The translations under genes were made by a program, and so were the position numbers. Source: Mobula hypostoma (Eukaryota). From it: a stretch of DNA of 64,000 nt. Under the pieces are notes generated by a model. That model was not told the DNA's origin, searched no databases, and saw nothing but the letters and a program-made list of their open reading frames with translations. This document shows, one piece after another, positions 49,880-63,399 of the stretch. The DNA lies in the NCBI RefSeq assembly GCF_963921235.1, contig NC_086097.1, positions 150,166,001-150,230,000 of the forward strand. The letters run 5' to 3'. Positions within the stretch are counted from its first letter, which is position 1; the number at the start of each line of letters is the position of its first letter.

Positions 49880-50450
49880 ACAACCATTGCTGGCAGAATT
49901 TCATATGGTGATGAGAAGGCATACGGGAGAGAAATTGATCAACTGATTGAGCAGTGTCATCTGAACAACATCAGTAAAACCAAATAATCGATCGTGAACT
50001 TCAGAAAGGATAATACAAGGGAGCATACACCAGTCTCATCGAGGGATTGGAAGTGGGAAGGGTGAGTAATTTCAAGTTCCTGGGTGTCAGCATCTCTGAG
50101 GATCTATCCTGGGCCCAACATATTGATGTAGTTACAAAGAAGACACAACAGTGGCTATATTTCATTAGGAATTTGAGGAGATTTGGTATGTCACCAAAGA
50201 CACTCACAAATTTCTACAGATGTACCATAGAGGGCCTTCTAACTGGTTGCATCACTATCTGGAATGAGGGAGGCCTCTGCACAGGTTCAAAATAAGCTGC
50301 AGAAAGTTGTAAATTCAGCTAGCTCCATCATGGCACTATATATATACTTCTTACTGCAATTTAGTTTTTATTATGATGTATTGCAATGTCTGCTGCTGCA
50401 TAACAACAAATTTCATGACAGATGCCAGTGTTACTTAACCTGATTCTGGC
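49880..50450 (+). mobile_element. Rex1-type LINE 3' fragment
   Basis: VSNFKFLGVSISEDLSWAQHI..LTNFYRCTIEGLLTGCITIW. Confidence 0.85.
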
Positions 50451-50499
50451 AAGCTGCATACATTTCTTACAAGGAATTATTATTCCCTAGAAATAAGAT

Positions 50500-52060
50500 T
50501 GTATTCATTTTTGACATGCTAAAATATGGCTCTGTTTAACTCTGATGCCCAGCTGTGTGTCAACACAGAAGACAGCTGAAATTGGTTGAAGTCCAACTTG
50601 GAAATGGATTCTTACAGAAGCAACTGATAAAATAGGACTTGGCCCTCAACCAGTTTCACTGCATCATTACTTTCACAGAAGAGTATCTCTCAAAGGTACT
50701 ATTTCCACAACAGCCATCAATAATGAAACATACCTGGAAGAGAGGTTGATCTGAAAAGAAATCTCCCATTCACTCAAAAGGATAGTTTGAGAAATCTACA
50801 CAAGTGAGCAATTCTGAATTACATTTTAATACCTCACTCAGTGATCTGTACACCTTACATCTGAGGGAGACCTGGATTACCTATGGCAAGCATCTCAAGG
50901 AACTGAAAAAATACCACCACTGTTGTCTTCACTAAAGTTTCCAAACTCACTGGAGGATAAGTGATAAATGTTACAAGCTTCAAGTGAAATTGTCATTCAG
51001 CCATACACACAAATGCAGTCAAATGCAGTCAAATGCATTCCTCTGGGGCCAAGGTACAAAATATAGTATCAACAGTCACACACAGCACAAAGCACATATA
51101 GTTATGAGAGCTGAAAAACATGCAGCCACAAGGAAAAAATAATCTAGCCCCAGCTCCTCAGTAGCATGGCCTGTAGATTGATGGTGCATGGGATGATGTA
51201 CTGAAGCCATGTTTCTGCAAGGACAAGCATGCAGCAGTTCCTCATCACACACTTGTGCTTCCACATATGAACACAATCCAGTTTGTCTTCCATTGAGCGA
51301 ACACTGGAGAGCAGCACCAATGGGAGGGATCAGCCCCTAAATCAGCACGGACTCCGGCACGTCTGCTGTGCCTCTGCTATCACATCCGGTGTCTCCTCCC
51401 CTGGGCAGCTGCAACAGGCAATGCCACGGCAAGAGGGCCTGGTCCGTGCAACAACTGAGGCAACATAGCTCCCCGCTGTCAGTCTAGCTAATTAGCTAGT
51501 GAACCAGACTTGCACTATTCTACATTGACAATGTTCTACAGGGTCTTGCAATCAGAAAGGAAAATGTCCAAGATAATCACTTGCACTATTTGTTGGACCA
51601 CACCTCTGCACACCACCTCTGACACCTTTTTCCCTGGGTGGTTGTAGCAGGCAACAAGTCCAATTACATTACTATCCAGCAACTTGCTAGCGGGGTAGAC
51701 TGGGAGTACTTGATGTTCTTCATAACCAGCAGTGTCTTGTGACTGTAAAAAAGACATAAAGGATTATACCATTGGTTGGACCAGAAAGGCCAACACCATG
51801 TTATCGGTGGAACAAATCTATGATCATTTAAAATGGAGAAGGAAACATTAAGTGGGCTTTGAGAGCCTCCAATCCAGAAATCAGCTGGATACGCAAGCAA
51901 TGAAAGAAATGTACCAACTTGAAAACAACGCATCCTGACTGTCCTGTCTACAACCGTTGCCCCACTTATGGAAGAGTCTTTGATTCCCTTATTGGCTTCA
52001 TTTTAGTCACTGGAAAACCTATGAAATGGGAATTGAAGCAAAATATCCTCGATCCCAAAA
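50500..52060 (+). mobile_element. Very decayed RTE-clade LINE remnants with other inserts
   Basis: ETWITYGKHLKELKKYH and C-terminal CPTYGRVFDSLIGF zinc-finger remnant. Confidence 0.55.
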
Positions 52061-54129
52061 ACACATCCAGACTGGATATCCTCCAGGGAAATGTGGAAGT
52101 GAAAGTCCTGAGTTCTGCAAGGCAGGTACCATACATCAGACATCCAGATATTGTAGAAGGATAGTAAAGAAATGAGATCAGAGTTTTGTGCTCAGTGCAT
52201 GCATGTCTGGACTACCATCTCTGCTAGAGACATCTTCTCCTGCCTCATGGCAATTCCTCAACCAAGAGCATTCAGGAACAAAGCAGAAAATCAAGTTCAG
52301 GAACAGCTACTTTCCTATAACTTCTAGGCTCTTGAACTGACCTGTTAACCCTAACCCTAACTTAGCAATGGAACTTGTCCCAGATTGTGTCCATATTTTT
52401 TGCACTAAGATCTTGTTTTTCCAGGGATTTGTTTTTCTCTCCCTCCGTTCTCTGGTCTAAGTTATATTCTGTGTGTTGTTTGTATCCGCTCCCTTGTCGT
52501 GCTGCTGACATTGTGCCTCACGCGGCCCTGTCTACCGGCACAGACGGACTGAGTCTATGCTGGTGCAGTTGAAGCATTGCGGGAGAAAAACGAATATTGG
52601 ATCAGCTGTCGGAGGTGCCGTACTCAGCAAATTGAGTGCTCTCTCTCTCGTTGGTAGAGGAGAGTTTGTTGCGGATTCTCGGGTCAGAGAACTCAGAATA
52701 AAAAAGTTACACGTCAGATTTTATCATTGAAAAGCAGTGCATTGTTTTGTTGTGAAAGGGGACACCTTGTTTCCCTTCATTAGGGAGAGAGAGAGCCTGT
52801 GGCATGTTGAATTGTGGGGTGAACGATTAGTTTTTGTTGCACTGCAGATCACGGTCTTTATTGTGGGCTTTGCTATTGCATGCTCAGTGGGTGGAGGGTG
52901 CTGATGCTTTTTTGCTAAGCGAATATGGGTGGGGAGGGTTGTTGCTTTGCCACTGCTTGCGCATGGGAGGAGTAGGGGGGCTTTGGGGTTCTAACATTTT
53001 TGCTTTCCTCCATTCTTTGAGGCACTCTTCTGTTTTTGTGGAGGTCTACAAAGAACAAGAATTGCAGGATGCATATTGTGTACATTTCTCTGATATTAAA
53101 TGGAACTATTGAGCTGTACTTGTGCATGTTGCAATAAACTCCACTTGAGAACAATACATTTATCACTTTGCTCTCTCTCTGCTGGGAATACATGAAGCCC
53201 AAGTGTAAGCACCTAGAATCTGACCAATCTCTGCCTAGCATTTATATCTGGATCTTACATCAGTCACTTCACGATCCACAAAACTCTAGAAGCAAATAAA
53301 AGCAGAAAAATGGTAGAAACACTTGGTATTTCAGGCAGCATTTATGGAAAGAAATAAAAGGAACTTCTTTTGACACTACTGTGCTACTATGACGTCGACT
53401 GTACCTCTTCCTAGAGATGCTGCCTGGCCTGCTACATTCACCAGCAACTTTGATGTGTGTTGCTTCTTTTGACATTTTCAGGTCAAAGACCCTTCATCAG
53501 ACCCGAATTTCAATCAACTCTCTTTTTGTGTTACCAATACCAAAAAAAATCTGCTGATTGTTTTCAGCATTTTCTGTTTTCTTTCTCTCTTTATTTTGAG
53601 TGTAAAAAAATCATCCTCCACTCCAAGAACCTGAGAGAACAAATCTGTTTCTGTCTTGAGTTTGCATTTGAATGCCATAAACATAGGAGACCCCTGAGGT
53701 GATGGGTTTGCAGAGACAGGTAAGCCTTTCTTTACTAGACATGTGGAGCCAGCCTGTTAAGATCTTCTCCTCCTTGTTTATTGCTTATTTATCAGTGTAT
53801 CAGGTGCAAAATCTCGCTGTCATACATTTTAAAATACAATGGCTGCTTCCCTGTTAAATACTTGGCAGAACTGATTCAATTGTTTAACACTTTAAAGATA
53901 AAGAGGGAAAAATAAAGAAAGCTAAAGTGGATCTGTAGAAGTTAACAATGAGAATTACAAAAGGTTGTTATTCACTAAGGAACATGTTACATTATCAGTG
54001 GGGGAGAAAATACAAACAGACCCTAATTCATTGTCCTTTTTTTGATTGTGCCCAGAATGTTCTAATATGATATCAGTAGGGTGTTTCTTGCCTGAAACGG
54101 GGTAAAACAAGTGATAAGCGAATTAAATT

Positions 54130-54226
54130 TCACATTTGTAGCACTAGACTGCCGGCACTTTGCAAAACCACATTTGCTTTGAACTTCACACTGTAATCAG
54201 CACAGGTTTCTAATATGCGCACGTAT
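54130..54226 (-). CDS. Candidate terminal exon of an unidentified minus-strand gene
   Basis: CTAAC branch-like site and TCTTATCTTTCCTTTGAAAAG acceptor; (R)YVRILETCADYSVKFKANVVLQSAGSLVLQM*; phase matches 55866-55912. Confidence 0.35.
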
Positions 54227-54644
54227 CTTTTCAAAGGAAAGATAAGACATGTTAGCTGAGTTTCATAAGACAAGCCCCTATCACTGCTCAGTTTAGGTGT
54301 CATTGTGCTTCTTTGACAAATGTGAAAGTACTGGCTGCAGGAACTATGTTGCAGGTCAAAACAATACAATTTTTCCTAAAATAACAAAAAATGGTAAATT
54401 CAAAAGATCAAATTTATTTACAGATTCAGTGCAAAATAGTGCACTTTTTTGCACTATTCAGTGCATTTTTTGGCCTTCGAACTGCACCGCAGGCAATGCA
54501 CAGAGTTAACTCCAGCTTAATCACGGGACAATTTAACATGACCAATTAGCCTACTGACCAGTACACCTTTGGACTCTGGGAGCAAAGCCAAGCACCCAGA
54601 GGAAACCTACACATTCATGGGGAGACGTACAAAGTCCTTACATA

Positions 54645-55560
54645 GAAAATTGAAATCTACAGCACATTACAGGCCCTTCAGCCCACAATGTTGTGCCGAC
54701 CATGTAACCTACTCTAGAGACTGCCTAGAATTTCCCTAGCGCATAGCCCTCTATTTTTCTAAGCTCCGTGTACCTAGCTAAGAGTCTCTTAAAAGACCCT
54801 ATTGTATCCACCTCTACTACCATTCCACGCACCCACCACTCTGCGCAAAAAGCTTACCTATGACATCCCCTTGTACCTACTTCCAAGCACCTTAAAACTG
54901 TGCCCTCTCATGTTAGCCATTTCAGCCCTGGGAAAAAGCTTCTAGCTATCCACGTGATCAATGCCTCTCATCATCTTATACACCTTCGTATCCCTTCTGA
55001 CAACCAACTTTCTAGCTCTTAGCTCCATCCATCACCCTCCTGTCTTCTCCTATCATTTTGGATCTCCCCCTCCTCCTCCCACTTTCAAATCTCTTACTAT
55101 CTCTTCTTTTAGTTAGTTCTGAAGAAGGATCTTGGCCCGAAGTGTTGACTGTACCTCTTCCTATAGATGCTGCCTGGCCTGCTGCGTTCACCAGCATTTT
55201 TTGTGTGTGTTGCCTAGAAAAAGCCTCTAGCTATCCACATGATCAATGCCTCTCATCATCTTATACACCTCTATCAGGTCAACTCTCATCTTCCATCACT
55301 CCAAGGAGAAAAGGCCAAGTTCATTCAACCTATTCTCATAAGGCATGGTCTCCAATCCAGGTAACATCATTGTAGGTCTCTTCTGCACTATCTCTATAGT
55401 ATCCACATCCTTCCTGTAGTGAAGTGACCAGAACTGAACACATTACTCAAAGTGGGGTCTAACTAAGGTCTAAAATAGCTTTAACATTACTTCACGGCTC
55501 TTGATCTCATTTCCACAGTTGGTGAAGGTCATCACACCATACACCTTCTTAACAACATCA
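54645..55560 (-). mobile_element. CR1 3' fragment with nested PLE terminus (~54986-55213)
   Basis: EIKSREVMLKLF and a CR1 tail. The PLE piece is flanked by a ~55-bp duplication of CR1 sequence. Confidence 0.8.
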
Positions 55561-55865
55561 AAATTGATGTGGAATTGAACTCCGAACTCCAACTGTAACA
55601 GTGTTGTGCGAGCATTTACGCTACCGTGGCATCCCAGATGTACTTTAAAACTCTTGAAAATGACATCTAGAACAAATATTTTTCTACTGGCATGCATAAT
55701 GGAATGAAAAAGTAAAGAAAAGTTGTTTTGAATACTGAATCTCTTTCAGAACTATGAGAAAATATTTTCATTATTTCAGTAGTTATTTGGGAAGAGAAGA
55801 TCTCATCAAAGTACTGCAAAGATTCAATGAGACATTTAACACCCTGTGTCTCAGCCAAAACTTAC

Positions 55866-55912
55866 CTTTTAAATGAGACTATGAAGTAGTCCAAACCTGC
55901 ATATAGTAAGAC
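55866..55912 (-). CDS. Candidate 47-bp internal exon of an unidentified minus-strand gene
   Basis: TTGTCTAG|GTC...AAAAG|GTAAGT; only one frame is open: VLLYAGLDYFIVSFK(R). Confidence 0.4.
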
Positions 55913-55929
55913 CTAGACAACATATAAAT

Positions 55930-58900
55930 GACAATAGACAATAGACAATAGGTGCAGGAGTAGGCCATTCGGCCCCCCGAGCCAGCACCGCCATTTACTG
56001 TGATCATGGCTGCAATACCAGTATCCAGTTCCTGCCTTATCCCCATGACCTTTGATTCCGCTATCTTTAAGAGCTCTATCCATCTCTTTCTTGAAAGCAT
56101 CCAGAGACTTGGCCTCCACAGCCTTCTGGGGCAGAGCATTCCATATATCCACCACTCTCTGGGTGAAAAAGTTTTTCGTCAACTCCGTTCTAAATGGCCT
56201 ACCCCTTATTCTTAAACTGTGGCCTCTGGGTCTGGACTCACCCATCAGCGGGAACATGCTTCCTGCCTCCAGCGTGTCCAATTCCTTAATAATCTTATAT
56301 GTTTCAATCAGATCCCCTCTCATCCTTCTAAATTCCAGAGTACACAAGCCCAGTCGCTCCAATCTTTCGACATATGACAGTCCCGCCATCCCGGGAATTA
56401 ACCTTGTGAACCTATGCTGCACTCCCTCAATAGCAAGAATGTCCTTCCTCAAATTTGGAGACCAAAACTGCACACAGTACTCCAGGGGTGCTCTCACCAG
56501 GGCCCTGTACAGCTGCAGAAGGACCTCTTTGCTCTTATACTCAATTCCCCTTGTTATGAAGGCCAGAATGCCATTAGTTTTTTTCACTGCCTGCTGTACT
56601 TGCATGATTGTGACTGATGTACAAGAACACCCAGATCTCGTTGTGCTTCCCATTTTCCTAACTTGACTCCATTTAGATAATAATCTGCCTTCCTGTTCTT
56701 ACACCACAGTGGATAACCTCACATTTATCCACATTAAACTGCATCTGCCATGCATCTACCCACTCACTCAGCCTGTCCAAATCACCCTGCGTTCTCATAA
56801 CATCCTCCTCACACCCAGCTGCCACCCAGCTTTGTGTCATTGGCAAATTTGCTACTGTTACTTTTAATTCCCTCATCTAAATCATTAATATATATTGTAA
56901 ACAGCTGCAGTCCCAGCACTGAACCCTGCGGCACCCATTGGTTACCGCCTGCCATTCCGAAAGGGACCCGTTAATCGCTACTCTTTGTTTTCTGCCAGCC
57001 AGCCAATTTCCAATCCATGTCAGTACTCTGCCCCCAATACTATGTGCCCTAATTTTGCCCACTAATCTCCTATGTGGGACTTTATCAAAAGCTTTCTGAA
57101 AGTCCAGGTACACTACATCCACTGGCTCTCCCTTGTCCATTTTCATAGTTACATCCTCAAAAAATTCCAGAAGATTAGTCAAGCACGATTTCTCCTTCGT
57201 AAATCCATGCTGACTCAGACTGATCCTGTTACTGCTATCCAGATGTGTCGTAATTTCATCTTTTATAATTGACTCCAGCATCTTTCCCACCACCAACTTC
57301 AGGCTAGCCGGTCTATAATTCCCTGTTTTCTCTCTTCCTCCCTTGTTGAAGAGAGGGACAACATTAGCCACCCTCCAATCCACAGGAACTGATCCTGAAT
57401 CTATAGAACATTGGAAAATGATTACCAATGCGTCCATGATTTCTAACACCACCTCCTTAAATACACTGGGATGCAGACCATCAGGTCCCAGGGACTTATC
57501 AGCCTTCAGACCCAACAGCACATTTCCTGCCTAATATAAATTTCCTTCAATTCATCCATTACCCTAGGTCCTTTGGCCACTATTACATCTGGGAGGTTGT
57601 TTGTGTCTTCCCTAGTGAAGACAGATCCAAAGCACCTGTTCAACTCATCTGCCATTTCCTTGTTCCCCATAATAAATTCACCCGCTTCTGTCTTCAAGGG
57701 CTCAATTTTGGTCTTAACTATTTTTTTCTTTTTCACATACCTAAAGAAGCTTTTACTATCCTCCTTTATATTCTCGGCTAGTTTACCTTCGTACCTCATT
57801 TTTTCTCCACGTATTGCCTTTTTAGTTACCTTCTGTTGCTCTTTAAAAGTTTCCAAATCCTCCGGCTTCTCATTCATCTTTGCTGTGTAATACTTCTTCT
57901 CTTTTATTTTTATACTGTCCATTACTTCACTTGTCTGCCACGGCCTCCCCTTACTCCCCTTAGGATCATTCTTCCTCTTTGGAATGAACTGATCCTGCAC
58001 CTTCTGCATTATTCCCAGAAACACTTGCTATTGCTGTTCCACTGTCATCCCTGCTAGGGCATTGTTCCAGTGAACTTTGGCCAGCTCCTCCCTCATAGCT
58101 CCGTGGTTCCCTTTGTTCAACTGTAATACTGACACTTCCGAGTTTCCCTTCTCCCTCACAAATTGTAGATTAAAACTTATCATATTATGGTCACTACCTC
58201 CTAATGGCTCCTTTACCTCAAGGTCCCTGATCGAATCTGGTTCATTGCACAACACTAAATCTAGAATTGCGTTCTCTCTGGTAGGCTCCAGTACAAGCTG
58301 TTCTAAGAATCCATCTCGGAGGGACTCCACAAACTCCCTTTCTTGGGGTCCAGTATCAACCTGGTTCCTCCAGTCTACCTGTATGTTGAAGTCCCTCATA
58401 ACAACTGTAGCATTACCTTTGCGACATGTCAATCTTAACTCTTGATTCAACTTACACCCTACATCCAGACTACTGTTTGGGAGCCTGTAGATAACTTCCA
58501 TTAGGTCTTTCTGCCCTTAGAATTTCTCAGTTCTATCCATACTGACTCCTGATCCTATGCCCACCTCGCAAGGGACTGAATATCATTCCTCACCAACAGA
58601 GACACCCCACCCCCTCTGCCCATCAGTCTGTCCTTTCGATGGGACGTATATGCTTGAATATTCATTTCCCAGGCCCTGTCCATTTGAAGCCGTGTCTCTA
58701 ATATTCCCACAACATCATACTTACCAATTTCCAACTTTGCCTCAAGCTCATCCACTTTATTTCTTATACTCCGTGCATTCATATACAATACTTTTAATTC
58801 ATTACTCCCCTCACCTCCCACATCAATTCCTATTTCACTTGGCCATACTGTACGATCCCTTCTTGAGCTTTCTGCTCTGTTGATTCTGTTGTCACTCTTA

Positions 58901-59510
58901 ACTTTTCTTATTCTCACTTTCCCTTTATCTCCATCCTTATGTTTCCAGTTCGTCTCCCCCCACCCCTCACTACTGAGTTTAAACACACCCGTGTTGCAGA
59001 GGCAAACCTGCCTGCCAGAATGCTGGTGCCCCGCTTATCAAGATGCAACCCGTCCCTTTTGTACACTTCATCCTTACCCTGAAACATACCCCAGTGGTCC
59101 AAGAATGTAAATCCTTGCTTCCTGCACCAGTTCCTCAGCCACACGTTCAGATCCATTATCTCCCTGTTCTTGACCACTCCAGCACAGGGAACTGGAAGCA
59201 AACCGGAGATAACCACCCTGGAAGTCCTGCTTTTCAGCCTTCTTCCAAGTTCTCTGAAGTCGCGCTGTAGAATGTCGTTCCTCTTCTTCCCCATGTCATT
59301 TGTGCTGACGTGCACCACCACTTCCGGATGTTCACCTTCACTCTTGAGGATTCCCTGCAATCGATCCATGACATCCTGGATCCTGACACCAGGGAGGCAA
59401 CACACCATCCTTAAATCTCGCCTGTTGCTACAGAAATCCCTTTCTGTACCTCTCACTATGGAGTCCCCTACTACCACGGCTCTGCCTGACGTCTGTCTCC
59501 TCGGCTTACG
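55930..59510 (-). mobile_element. Near full-length CR1 LINE (ORF1 SGNH esterase; ORF2 APE endonuclease and RT), frameshifted
   Basis: ORF1 VVVGDSIVRG..VVVHVSTND..DGLHL. ORF2 LYMNARSIRNK, LDLVLCN..LGGSDHNMI, YLDFQKAFDKVPH, LYRALVR. (CTATTGT)n tail. Confidence 0.95.
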
Positions 59511-60019
59511 AATAGCAAAGGACAGACTTGCAACAGCCATCTTCAACAGTAAACAGTCTATTGCTTATACGGTTTTGTGAAAGTTCAACGTAAATATTAT
59601 CAAATACATATTCGTCACCATGTACAGCCATGAGATTCATTTTCTTGCAGGCAATCACAATAAACAGAAGAAAGACAATACAATCAATGAAAGATCTCAC
59701 CCAGCAACACACACAAAGTGCTGGAGGAATGCAGCAGGCCAGGCAGCATCTATGGAAAAGAGTACAGTCGACGTTTCAGGCTGACGGTACTCTTTTCCTA
59801 GATGATGCCTGGCCTGCTGAGTTCCTCCAGCACTTTGAATTGAATTGACTTTACTACTTACATCCTTCACATATTTTATATTTTGTATGCTGTAGTACTT
59901 CCTTTTTATTCGCAGTTGTTTTGTAAATAATACTATTCTTTTGCACTTCTAGTCAGATGCTCGTTGCATTTCATTGGCTTTGTATCTGTACTCAGCACAA
60001 TGACAATAAAGTTGAATCT

Positions 60020-63000
60020 AATCATCTCTACGGATCAAACAGGCTTTATTAAAGGCTGTTACTCTTTCTCCAATGTTCGGAGATTGATGAACGTTATATA
60101 CTTATCCCTATCCAAGATACCCAATGTGTTATTTTTCTTGACGCAGAAAAGGCATTTGATAGAGTTGAATGGACATATCTGTTTAATATATTAGACAAAT
60201 TTGGCTTTGGTAATAATTTTAATAAGTGGATTCAAATGATCTATAAGAATCTTATTGCTACTTATTTTTTATATAATTTAATTTTTGTAATTTCGGGTCT
60301 TTTTTTTGATGATTAACAGACACTTATTGGTAGGTCTTTTTTTCACTCTCACGAGGTACTGGACAGGGATGTCCATTAAGTCCTTTATTATTTAATCTTT
60401 AACATTATTTAATCTTGGCTATAATACTCCGTGAAGCTAAAAATATTCATGGTATCTCTATAAATGGGACCACACATAAGATATCTCTTCATTCAGATGA
60501 TCTTTTGGTTTATATTTCGAACCCTGAAGAATCTATTCCTAAACTTTTGGAAATATTAAATGATTTTGGAAAATTTTCAGGATATAAACTTAACTTAAAT
60601 AAAAGTGAATTGTTCCCATTAAATGCTCCTGTTTTTATGTATGATGATATTCCATTTAGAATTGTGAATTCTTTTAAATATTAAGGTATTATCATTACTA
60701 AAAAATATAAAGATCTTTATAAAGCTAATGTAGTTCCTTTAATGGACTCTATGAAACAATTACTTTCTGTGTGGAACCCACTTAGGTCATATTCATGCCG
60801 TGAAAATGATGATTTTACCTAGATTTTTATATATTTTTCAAAATATACCTATCTTTTTAACTAAAAAACTTTTTGATCAAATTGATTCCATTATTTTGTC
60901 CTTTATTTGGAATAATAAAAAACCAAGAATTAATAAGTATCATTTACAAAAATCTAAAAAAGATGGTGGACTTGTACTACCTAATTTAAGATTGTATTAT
61001 TGGGCTGTTAATATTCAACAATTACGTTTTTGGCTATATTGGCTTGATAAGAGCCAAAATCCAGCTTGGACTGATTTGGAATTAAAAGCTATCAAACAAT
61101 TTCATTTAACCTTAATATTAGGAGCTCCATTACCTTTACAACTTGCTAAAATTCCATATTTAAATCTTTACTCTGTTATTAAACAGTCCTTACAGATTTG
61201 GTTTCAGTTTCGCAACTCTTTTAACTTTAAACAATTTAAACTGTCTAGCTCTTTATATCGAAATTTTCTATTTAAACCTTCAATAACCGATCCCATTTTT
61301 CTCTTATGGAGAAATAAGGAGATCTGTTTTTTTGCAGATTTATTTTGTGATGGTCGATTGATGACTTTTGAAGAGTTACTTAGCAAATATTCTCTCTCTC
61401 AGACACACTTCCTGCAATATCTTCAGGTTAGACACTTTTTACAAAAAATCTAAGTTTCCATATATGCAAGAATCTGATTTGTTGCATACTATTTTGAATA
61501 TGAATCCTTTTGTGAGAAGTTCCATTGGTAGAATTTATAATTTATTTTTACTACAAAAAGATAACCTCTCACTAAAGATTAAACAAGATTGGAAGAGAGA
61601 ACTTAATACATATGACCTTTGTTAATGAAGATTGGTTGCGAGTTCTGAAAATGGTCAATTCTTCTTCGATATGTGCCAATCACTGTTTAATTCAATTTAA
61701 AATTGTTCATCGTTATTATTTAACAAAGGAAAGACTATCCAAAATATTTCCTAACATAGACAACCATTGTGATAGGTGTAAAACTGAAGTAGCCACTTTG
61801 TCACATATGTTCTGGTCATGTTCTTCATTAAAATCTTTTTGGAAATCTTTATTTTCTACAATTTCTAAAGCTCTGAAAATTAACTTACAACCTAATACAT
61901 TGACTGTTCTATTTGGAATAGTTCCGCATCATATTCAGGGTATTTCATCTTCAGACTAACATGTAATTGCATTTGTCATATTGTTGGCAAGAAGGGCTAT
62001 TTTATTGAAATGGAAAGATACCTCCTCTGTCCTTACATTAATTCAATGGTTTTCTAAAGCAATGTTATGTCTTAGCTTGGGAAAAATTAGAAGTAGTATT
62101 CTTGATCCTCGATTCGATTTTGAGAGAAGATAGGGCTCTTTTGCCAAATATTATCATTTAGTTTGAATTAATTTATATGGTTTCCTTCCAATCTTATTTT
62201 ATATAAATGTGAATTGGCAGTTGATGATTTTTCTTCTTCATATTGTTACGAGAATACACATAAAATTAAGATGTTTGCTGGCCTGGGTTAGCATCAGTGA
62301 CATCAGTAGTTGGTCTGCCACCTGCCCTCAGGGGAAGGAGAGATAAGGAACAATGGAGCAGCGTCTGGAGATGTGTAATGAAGGAATGTGGGAGAGAGAG
62401 CTGTCTGGAGCGGCTCCCCTCTTTGAACCTTGAACTGTTTGAAGTGATGGACAGGTGATACCCCAGCAGGGGGATAAAAAGGGACCGGTTCGCTAAGGCA
62501 GGACACACACGCCACCCGAGGTAACGAGACCCTGGAAGCGGTGCGCCTCTCACGAGTGGGTGAGAAGTATCAGACAACGACCAGGGTGGAAAGGTACGAT
62601 CAGCGGGAACCCGGTGTGTGTCTGCCCTTGCCTGGGTGCCGGGTTCACTGCAGAGGATCGACCGCATCTGGAGGAGGGGTCACAGTCGGTGACCTCAGGT
62701 GACATCACCAAGGACCCGCCCAAAAAGTTGCTTGTGAGCCATCCCGCCGGTCTGTGAGTGAAGCAGTGTTCTGTTCTGAATGATCAGTTGTTCCTGTTCT
62801 TTCCCCCACCTTGTCCATCGCCATGGCAACGATTACTGCGAACTGAACTTTGAATCTCTTTGAAATTTGGTCATTTACCCCTAGACAACGATAGAGCTTG
62901 ATTGATGCTGTTATCTTAATTCTGTGCACATGTGTGGTTAACATTGCTGAACTGTTGCATTTATTATCCTTTCGATTACTGTGTTGCTTGTTTCTTTAAT

Positions 63001-63383
63001 AAAACTTTCTTAGTTCTAGTAATCCAGACTCCAACTGAGTGATCCATTTCTGCTGGTTTGGCAACCCAGTTACGGGGTACGTAACAATATATATAGATGA
63101 TTGTAAGACGTATTGCTCTGGGAGTTGGTGCCTAATGTGTTTTTTTTCTTCTTTTTTCTTTTTCTTTCTCTTGTAGTTAGAGGGTTTTTTCCTTTTAGTT
63201 AGATGGGGTTCTCTTTTTCCCTTCTTTATGAAAAATATATATTTTTTCATTATACATTATTCTTTTTTGATAAGTTTTTTCAGCTTTATTAACTGTATAT
63301 ATATCAATTTGTTGAAGTCTTGTATCATTTTATAACTGTAGAAGATTATGCATCAATAAAAAGATTTTAAAAATGAAATGAAA
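60020..63383 (+). mobile_element. L1-clade LINE, 5'-truncated ORF2 and 3' UTR, split by a solo LTR
   Basis: DQTGFIKG, DAEKAFDRVEW, GT.QGCPLSP, SLHSDDLL, FSGYKLN, C-terminal CDRC..HMFWSC; AATAAA near 63355. Confidence 0.92.
62244..63086. mobile_element. Solo LTR (843 bp)
   Basis: TGTTACG...CGTAACA inverted termini; 4-bp TSD ATAT at 62240-62243 and 63087-63090; AATAAA near 62998. Confidence 0.9.
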
Positions 63384-63399
63384 CATTATGTCTCTAAAT

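Noticed and set aside
52915..53241. ORF containing RTPKPPYSS, resembling the forkhead KPPYSY start
   Set aside because: It is on the wrong strand, downstream of the foxh1 stop, has no further forkhead residues and lies in repeat-like sequence.
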